This document shows positions 23,935 to 32,000 of a stretch of DNA of 32,000 nucleotides, in pieces. The notes below the pieces were generated by a model, which saw only the letters and a program-made list of their open reading frames with translations, had not been told where the DNA came from and did no database searches. How positions within the stretch are numbered: the stretch's first letter is position 1; each line of letters starts with the position of its first letter. Position numbers and translations under genes: made by a program. The stretch is from Candidatus Peribacter riflensis (GTDB taxonomy: Bacteria; Patescibacteriota; Gracilibacteria; Peribacterales; Peribacteraceae), in contig CP013062.1 in the NCBI GenBank assembly GCA_001430755.1, positions 150,001 through 182,000 of the forward strand. The letters are read 5' to 3'.

Positions 23935-25317
23935 ATGGGCGCACCCGATACCGGTTTTCGCACCATGAACCAAGAGCTCTTCCACAAGGTCGACGGCTTG
24001 CTGCAGGCGAAGAATGATCAGGAGCTTCGGCGGGTGTTGCTCCGGGAGGATGCCCGTGAGATCGCGGATATCATTGATGCGCTCGGTCATGGCAAGCGAA
24101 AAACATTCGCGGTCTTTCCGCCCGAGGTGCAGGCCGATGTGGTCCTGCTTCTCTCAGAGGCCAGCATTCACTCGGTGGTGCCGCGCCTGCCCGATGCCGT
24201 CATCGCCCGGTTCCTGCACTTTCTGGATGAAGACGAGGCGACCGATATCCTGCAGCGTCTGCACTCCAAGCGGCATCCGCACATTTTAGAAAAGATGCGC
24301 GAAGACCGCCGCAAGCCGATCGAAAAGCTGCTCACCTACGGCCCAGAAACAGCAGGAGGTCTCATGGATCTCAATTTTCTGGAGGTCGATCCGCAGGCGA
24401 AAATTCCGATGATTCTCTCGTCGGTGCAGGAGTACATGCGCACGCATCACAAGCAGATACCCATTGCCCTGCTCACGGGCAAGAATGGCATTCTGTGGAT
24501 TCCCTCGCGCGCACTCATGTCGTCGAACGGTGATGTTGTTCCCTCGCAGATCGCGCGGCCGATCCCGGTGCTGCATCACGCCACCGACCAGGAAGATGTG
24601 CTCGAGACGATGCAGCGCGAGGGGGCCGATGTGTCGTGCGTGATCGACGACCACCAGAAGATCGTCGGAGTCATTCATTTGGGCGATCTGCTGAGGGTGG
24701 CTGAAGCGGAGGCCAGCGAAGACGTGTACCGCTTGGGAGGTATGGATCCGCTCTCGGCGAGCTACCTCGAAAGCAAATTCACGACGATCTGGCGCAAGCG
24801 CGTGGTGTGGCTCTCGGTGCTCTTCGTCGCGGAGCTCTTCACGTTTACTGCGCTCGCGCAGTTCGAATCCTCCATCGCCGCGGTCACCGCACTCGCGCTC
24901 TTCGTGCCGCTCACCATTTCCACGGGGGGCAATTCCGGCTCGCAGGCCGCCACGCTCATCACCCGCGCCATGGCGCTGGGCGACGTCGCGCCCCGTGACT
25001 GGTTCAAGGTCATGCGCCGCGAGCTCGTGATGGGCATCGCCCTCGGTCTCACGCTCGGAGCCGTGGCATTCGTCCGGGCTTCGCTCACGCCGCAGGGGGT
25101 GCTGGGGACGGCGAACCGCTGGATCCTCGGGCTTGTCATCGCGCAATCCGTCGCGGCGATCTGCCTGTGGGGCACGCTCGTCGGCTCGATGCTGCCGCTC
25201 CTCTTCAAGCGGTTCGGTGTTGATCCGGGCTACGCTTCGAGCCCTTTCGTGGCGACGTTTGTCGACGTGACAGGCATCGTGATCTACTTCTCGATCGCGG
25301 GGGTATTCATCCTCTGA
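23935..25317 (+). CDS. mgtE: magnesium transporter MgtE
   Basis: An N-terminal MgtE domain is followed by a CBS pair (CVIDDHQKIVGVIHLGDLL) and a C-terminal TM domain with GNSGSQ and PFVATFVDVTGIVIYF. The start is uncertain (ATG at 23935 or 23965), and the track start at 23794 gives an implausible extension. Confidence 0.93.
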   Translation: MGAPDTGFRTMNQELFHKVDGLLQAKNDQELRRVLLREDAREIADIIDALGHGKRKTFAVFPPEVQADVVLLLSEASIHSVVPRLPDAVIARFLHFLDEDEATDILQRLHSKRHPHILEKMREDRRKPIEKLLTYGPETAGGLMDLNFLEVDPQAKIPMILSSVQEYMRTHHKQIPIALLTGKNGILWIPSRALMSSNGDVVPSQIARPIPVLHHATDQEDVLETMQREGADVSCVIDDHQKIVGVIHLGDLLRVAEAEASEDVYRLGGMDPLSASYLESKFTTIWRKRVVWLSVLFVAELFTFTALAQFESSIAAVTALALFVPLTISTGGNSGSQAATLITRAMALGDVAPRDWFKVMRRELVMGIALGLTLGAVAFVRASLTPQGVLGTANRWILGLVIAQSVAAICLWGTLVGSMLPLLFKRFGVDPGYASSPFVATFVDVTGIVIYFSIAGVFIL

Positions 25318-25479
25318 ACGCGGCACGCTTCCTATACTGCGATCAAACCAATCCCGCCCCGTTCTATGAGGGTTTAGAACGTATTTCTGATCTTCTCAAA
25401 GCCAAAAAATCAGTATCACATCTGCTACATTTTCTCGGGTGATTCTGTGCAATAGCATCCATGGTACACTGGCGCTCCC

Positions 25480-25781
25480 ATGGTCCGAAAATCACCAAAA
25501 ACCGTCGGCGTTACCAATGCTGTTCTCCTGCAGCACTTGCAGGGAATGCGGTACGCTCTGGAAACTCGCCTGGACAGTCTGGAGAAGCGCATGGGTGGAG
25601 TGGAGAAACACTTGGGTGGGCTGGATAGTCGCATGGGCGGGCTGGAGAGTCGCATGACGGCCGGATTCACGGAGGTCCACGGGCATCTCGGCAAAATCGA
25701 CGCGGCACTCCAGCGTCTCTACGTCCATCGCACGAGCATGCTGGGGCGCATTGAGAAACTTGAGGAAACCGTGGGCGTCGC

Positions 25782-25785
<4 letters not shown>
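25480..25785 (+). CDS. small coiled-coil protein with tandem heptad repeats (101 aa)
   Basis: LEKRMGG-VEKHLGG-LDSRMGG-LESRMTA heptads. Its 3' end overlaps the convergent MFS gene by 4 nt. I recognised no family. Confidence 0.5.
25579..25662 (+). repeat. four tandem imperfect 21-bp repeats (heptad-encoding)
   Basis: ctggagaagcgcatgggtgga / gtggagaaacacttgggtggg / ctggatagtcgcatgggcggg / ctggagagtcgcatgacggcc. Confidence 0.8.
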
Positions 25786-28456
<2,671 letters not shown>

Positions 28457-28901
28457 GAATTAGGAATTATGAATTATGAACGAAGCACCCATGCCTATTG
28501 CATCTCCCAGCACCGCGTCGGAAAAAATCAGAGTCTTCACGGATCTGTTTTCCTGGCAGGATGCCCATAAACTTGTTCTCATGATTTACAGAATCACAAG
28601 GAAGTTCCCAAAAGATGAAATGTTCGGATTGGTTGCCCAATTGCGCCGGGCGGTCGTTTCTATCTCATCCAATATCGCTGAGGGATTCAGCAGGATCTCC
28701 TACGCGGAGAAAATTCATTTTTATTCGATCGCTCTCGGATCCGTGACGGAAGTGCAGAATCAGATGCTCATCGCGCGGGATGTCGAGTATGTTGCCCAAG
28801 AAGATTTCATGTCTGTGGAGAAGCAGAGTGTCAAAGTACATAAGCTCATCAACGGCCTGATCAAATCCAGTCGATCATTCTTAATTCCTCATTCCTAATT
28901 C
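28457..28901 (+). mobile_element. IVS-like cassette: four-helix-bundle gene bounded by 24-bp imperfect inverted repeats, inserted between atpD and atpC
   Basis: Left arm GAATTAGGAATTATGAATTATGAA (28457-28480). The reverse complement of the right arm (28878-28901) is GAATTAGGAATGAGGAATTAAGAA, giving 21/24 identity. The arms start 1 nt after the atpD stop and enclose the ORF's start and stop codons. The segment is AT-rich relative to the operon. Confidence 0.5.
28476..28898 (+). CDS. four-helix-bundle protein of the 23S rRNA intervening-sequence protein family
   Basis: FSWQDAHKLVLMIYRITRKFPKDEMFGLVAQLRRAVVSISSNIAEGFSR...ALGSVTEVQNQMLIA matches the family pattern (W-Q-A, FPK.E..GL..Q.RRA..SI..NIAEG). 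Confidence 0.92.
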   Translation: MNEAPMPIASPSTASEKIRVFTDLFSWQDAHKLVLMIYRITRKFPKDEMFGLVAQLRRAVVSISSNIAEGFSRISYAEKIHFYSIALGSVTEVQNQMLIARDVEYVAQEDFMSVEKQSVKVHKLINGLIKSSRSFLIPHS

Positions 28902-28914
28902 ATAATTCTCCAAC

Positions 28915-29355
28915 ATGCTTCGTCTAGAAATCACCACGCCCGACCGTCCCATGTTCGAAGGGGAGGTGGACTCTGTGTCCCTTCCGACTCCGCAGGGGGA
29001 AATTACGATTTTGCCGCACCACATCCCGCTCATCTCCATCGTGTCGCCGGGGGCGATCACGATCCGGCAGAAGGGGAGTGAGCAGCTGCTCGCGGTTTCA
29101 CGCGGGGTCATCGAGGTGGATGGCAAGACCATCCGCGTGATGGTGGATACGGCGGATCGCGCCGATGAGTTGCAGGAGGAGGCGATTTTGAAGGCCAAAG
29201 CCGAAGCGGAGAAGCTCCAGCGCGAGAAGCGCGAAGACCGCGAGGGCTTTGCCGAGGCCACGGCCATCCTCGAGCGCGAGTTGGCGCGCCTGCACGTGGT
29301 GCGTCGCCGGCGCGGCGGGCGACGGTCCGTCCCCACCCCCGGCAGTGGTGAATGA
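28915..29355 (+). CDS. atpC: F-type ATP synthase subunit epsilon
   Basis: MLRLEITTPDRPMFEGEVDSVSLPTPQGEITILPHHIPLIS is typical of AtpC. It has a helical C-terminal domain and an unusual Arg/Gly-rich tail. Confidence 0.92.
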   Translation: MLRLEITTPDRPMFEGEVDSVSLPTPQGEITILPHHIPLISIVSPGAITIRQKGSEQLLAVSRGVIEVDGKTIRVMVDTADRADELQEEAILKAKAEAEKLQREKREDREGFAEATAILERELARLHVVRRRRGGRRSVPTPGSGE

Positions 29356-29383
29356 CGCGCCGCGTTCGGATGGATCCAAGGGG

Positions 29384-29590
29384 ATGGGTCTCATGTTGAG
29401 CCTCCGGCTCGCGTGGAACCTGGGGTTCATCATCGCGGTTCCCGTTGCTGTGTTCGGTTTCGGAGGCGCCTACTTAGATAAGTACCTTCAGACCACCCCG
29501 ATTTTCGTGATCACGGGTTTTGTGCTGGCGATCGTACTGACGGTGATAGGGGTCTATCGCAAAGTGAAGGAGATTTTGGGAGCTTCTTAG
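29384..29590 (+). CDS. AtpZ/AtpI-like small membrane protein (68 aa)
   Basis: Two TM helices (LAWNLGFIIAVPVAVFGFGGAYLD and IFVITGFVLAIVLTVIGVY). Its position immediately before atpB matches this family. AAGGGG lies upstream of the ATG. Confidence 0.7.
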   Translation: MGLMLSLRLAWNLGFIIAVPVAVFGFGGAYLDKYLQTTPIFVITGFVLAIVLTVIGVYRKVKEILGAS

Positions 29591-29662
29591 CTGATTAGCT
29601 TCTTAGTTTTTCTGATGATGATTTCCTTAAAACATTCCTAAGAAGCTACAACCTAAGAAGCT
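29581..29662. repeat. double palindrome: 2x AGCTTCTTAG and 2x CTAAGAAGCT
   Basis: AGCTTCTTAG occurs at 29581-29590 and 29597-29606. Its exact complement CTAAGAAGCT occurs at 29638-29647 and 29653-29662. This predicts two stacked 10-bp helices around an AT-rich 31-nt loop. Confidence 0.85.
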
Positions 29663-29720
29663 GCGTCTGGTCGAGAATTCATTTGCTCTCACATCCCTTC
29701 GTTCTTTATCCTCCTCCCCG

Positions 29721-30533
29721 ATGTCCGGCATTGAAGCTCCGCCACTGGCCTCCGAAACAATCGCACACATCGGCTCTTTCGAAGTCCGTAACACGCTCAT
29801 CATGGCGTGGCTCGCCATGGCGGTGGTGTTCATCGTGGTCTTCTTCGCCCGCCGGACCAAGTTCAAGCAAATCCCCGGGCGCTTTCAGGCACTGCTGGAG
29901 CTCATCGTGGAGGGGCTGTTCAACTTCTTCAATTCCATCATCGGCGATACGAAGCAGACCAGGCGGTTCTTTCCGCTCATTGCCACGATCTTCCTCTTCC
30001 TCATGCTGGCCAACTGGATGGGCATCTTGCCGGGCGTGGGGAGCATCACGATTCTAGGTGAGCACGACGGGCACATGCTCAATTTGCCGATTTTCCGCTC
30101 CATGAATGCGGATGTGAACATGACCCTCGCCGTCGCGCTGATCTCGGTCATCGCCACGCAACTCTTTGGCATCGCGGCCCTCGGCGTGATGCCGTACGCC
30201 AACAAATTTTTCGTGGCGCCCTGGCGCGATCCGATCGGGTCCTTCGTGGGGATTCTGGAGCTGATCGCAGAGATGGCGAAGATCATTTCGTTTACCTTCC
30301 GTCTCTTCGGCAACATCTTCGCGGGCGAGGTGCTGCTCGTGGTCATCGGCTTCCTCATGCCATACGTCGCTCCCATTCCGTTTCTGGGGCTCGAGCTCTT
30401 CGTGGGCTTCGTCCAGGCGCTGGTCTTCTCCATGCTCACCGCTGTCTTCCTCAAGATGGCCGTGACGGCGCATGGCGGGCATGAAGAGCACGGCCATGAA
30501 GGGGGGCATGCGGTGGAAATGGCGCACGCGTGA
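29721..30533 (+). CDS. atpB: F-type ATP synthase subunit a
   Basis: LANWMGILPG and the essential-Arg region FRLFGNIFAGEVLL are present. It has an unusual His-rich C-terminal tail, AHGGHEEHGHEGGHAVEMAHA. Confidence 0.93.
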   Translation: MSGIEAPPLASETIAHIGSFEVRNTLIMAWLAMAVVFIVVFFARRTKFKQIPGRFQALLELIVEGLFNFFNSIIGDTKQTRRFFPLIATIFLFLMLANWMGILPGVGSITILGEHDGHMLNLPIFRSMNADVNMTLAVALISVIATQLFGIAALGVMPYANKFFVAPWRDPIGSFVGILELIAEMAKIISFTFRLFGNIFAGEVLLVVIGFLMPYVAPIPFLGLELFVGFVQALVFSMLTAVFLKMAVTAHGGHEEHGHEGGHAVEMAHA

Positions 30534-30606
30534 ACGCGCATGAGGCGATGGGACATGGAGCCCGGTGGTTTTGAGGATGTGCGGTAATTCTGCTATCGTT
30601 TTCAAT

Positions 30607-30972
30607 ATGAACAGCGCCATCAAAATACTCTCGAGTGCAGTGGGATTATCGCTGCTCTGGCTCGTCATGGGAATCGTATTTGTTCCTCTGGATGCAGTTG
30701 ATCAGTTCAGCAATTACTTCGTGTTTGCTCTGCTCCACGCACTATTGTTCTTCCTTCCTTTGTCCATTGCACTGTTCTCTACACGCATGCGCTGGAGGAT
30801 CTTCTCGGCAGCCATTCTCGTTCTCTATTTCATGATTGTTGCATTTTCCCTTCAGTTTCTCTTTTCTTCCTCGCTACACAAGCCCGTAGTATCGGATCTG
30901 TTCACGCTTCTCTACATGGCACCGGGGATGTTTCCGTTTGCGCTCCTCACGGCCTTGGGAGGATCGATGTGA
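30607..30972 (+). CDS. hypothetical 4-TM membrane protein (121 aa) inserted between atpB and atpE
   Basis: Hydrophobic ORF with lower GC than its neighbours by eye. TATCGT lies 7 nt upstream of the ATG at 30607. The track start at 30565 is a possible alternative. Confidence 0.55.
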   Translation: MNSAIKILSSAVGLSLLWLVMGIVFVPLDAVDQFSNYFVFALLHALLFFLPLSIALFSTRMRWRIFSAAILVLYFMIVAFSLQFLFSSSLHKPVVSDLFTLLYMAPGMFPFALLTALGGSM

Positions 30973-31133
30973 CGCCATCATGGCCACGTGAAGAGATCTG
31001 AAGATATTGAGTAAGCAATACAAATAATAACAGTCAAATATTGGCGGAGTCGGCTCTTAGACCCTTGATTGTCTCTTGCCCCGTCCCTACAATCCGCGGC
31101 GTTTTCTCATCTCCACTTCTTTCCCACTTTTTT

Positions 31134-31391
31134 ATGCCAGAAGTCGCAGAAGTCGCCCAGACCGCCGTGTCTTCGATCGACAAGAACCTGCTGGTGGCCA
31201 TCACCATGGGATTCGGTGCGCTCGTCCCTGCCTTCTCCATCGGTTGGATGGGGAGCAAGGCCATGGAGGCCATCGGCCGCAATCCCGAGGCCGCGAACCG
31301 CATCCAGACGCCGATGGTTCTCGCCGTCGCGTTCACGGAAGCCATCGCGATCTACTCGCTCGTCGTGGCCCTCATTATCAAGTTCGTCTGA
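31134..31391 (+). CDS. atpE: F-type ATP synthase subunit c
   Basis: 85-aa hairpin protein with the loop sequence GRNPEA and the ion-binding carboxylate context AFTEAIAIYSLVVALI. Confidence 0.92.
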   Translation: MPEVAEVAQTAVSSIDKNLLVAITMGFGALVPAFSIGWMGSKAMEAIGRNPEAANRIQTPMVLAVAFTEAIAIYSLVVALIIKFV

Positions 31392-31480
31392 TTTCCAGTG
31401 TTCAGCGTTGAGCGATCAGTGAACAGCATAAGCAGCTGATCGCCTGCCGTTGACCATCGATTCTTCTCCTCCCGCGTTCC

Positions 31481-31987
31481 ATGGAATTGCTCTTAAAACT
31501 CGGCATTAACTGGCAGCTGCTCATCGCGCAGATCGTGAACTTTGCGATCGTGATGGGAGTGCTGGGGTTCTTCCTCTACCGTCCCATCCTGAATTTGCTC
31601 GATGCCCGCGCAGAGCGCATCCGCAAGGCCATGGAAGATGCCAAGCGCGTCGAGAACCAGATGCAGGAGCTGCACAAGCTCCGCGAGGAAGAGATGAAGC
31701 GTCTCGATAAAGAGAGCGGCGAGTATTTCGACCGCATGCGCAAAGAGGCCCAGGCCCTGCACGAAGAGATGATGGCCACTGCCAAGAAAGAGGCGGAAAC
31801 AACGCTCCAGAACGCGCTCAAGCGCATCGATGAGGAGCGCCGGGTCATGATGGAGGATGTCATGAAGACCGTGAATACCGTGATCGTACGCATGACGGAG
31901 AAGCTCCTCGAGCGGGAGTTCACCCCCGCCGACCAGAAGCGTATTCAGGAGAACCTCGTTGCAGAACTTCCCCAGTCGATGCGATGA
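31481..31987 (+). CDS. atpF: F-type ATP synthase subunit b
   Basis: An N-terminal TM helix (LLIAQIVNFAIVMGVLGFFLY) followed by a long charged helix. It sits immediately after atpE. Confidence 0.9.
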   Translation: MELLLKLGINWQLLIAQIVNFAIVMGVLGFFLYRPILNLLDARAERIRKAMEDAKRVENQMQELHKLREEEMKRLDKESGEYFDRMRKEAQALHEEMMATAKKEAETTLQNALKRIDEERRVMMEDVMKTVNTVIVRMTEKLLEREFTPADQKRIQENLVAELPQSMR

Positions 31988-32000
31988 AGGTGTCTGCCGC
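31984..32000 (+). CDS. atpH: 5' end of the next atp gene (probably subunit delta), truncated by the window edge
   Basis: An ATG at 31984 overlaps the atpF TGA (ATGA coupling). Only 17 nt are visible, so the identity rests on position alone. Confidence 0.3.

Noticed and set aside
23788-23964. Possible M-box (Mg2+) riboswitch upstream of mgtE
   Set aside because: No recognisable M-box conserved segments were seen by eye, and the region is mostly a spurious extension of the ORF. A scan with RF00380 would be needed to exclude it formally.

Overview
This window looks like high-GC bacterial chromosome with three clearly AT-rich insertions; GC was judged by eye, not computed. The taxon cannot be fixed from sequence alone. 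The abundance of SLH-anchored secreted proteins and the compact gene set would fit a small-genome, S-layer-bearing lineage, but that is speculation.

Core genes:
- Riboflavin genes ribE and ribH, with ribBA split away from them by an SLH protein and a YbaK-like deacylase.
- tRNA-Arg(TCG) and tRNA-Gln(CTG).
- typA/bipA and a cold-shock protein.
- Four signal-peptide SLH-domain proteins. Two carry Myxococcus-type cysteine-rich repeats and one carries an esterase domain.
- An M23 peptidase, an S9-like hydrolase, an aquaporin, a DksA/TraR zinc-finger protein, mgtE and an MFS transporter.
- An F-type ATP synthase cluster in the unusual order atpD, atpC, atpZ/I-like, atpB, atpE, atpF, with a probable atpH start at the window edge.

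Main second-look items:
1. A roughly 3.4 kb AT-rich island (12398-15822) carries an uncharacterised 554-aa protein with a C-terminal HEPN-like Rx5H motif. It also carries an ImmA/IrrE Zn-protease with no HTH partner, and a small membrane protein whose start overlaps the protease stop (ATGA). I propose this as a candidate new defence or abortive-infection-type module.
2. A perfect 17-nt copy of the 3' end of tRNA-Gln lies exactly at the island edge, 1.5 kb from the tRNA. This is an att-like signature.
3. An NYN-domain gene cassette is flanked by perfect 32-bp direct repeats. Its insertion replaced the 3' end of the M23 peptidase gene and left the displaced gene tail behind.
4. A 445-bp cassette encoding a 23S-rRNA-IVS-family four-helix-bundle protein is bounded by 24-bp inverted repeats (21/24 matches). 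It sits exactly between atpD and atpC.
5. A second, ORF-less double palindrome lies between the atpZ-like gene and atpB, and an extra membrane-protein gene lies between atpB and atpE.
6. -10-like boxes recur 6-8 nt upstream of start codons with no Shine-Dalgarno sequence, which suggests leaderless expression.
7. A perfect GGG(TTAGGG)3 telomere-type G-quadruplex motif sits at a convergent gene junction.

I found no CRISPR array, rRNA gene, integrase or transposase.
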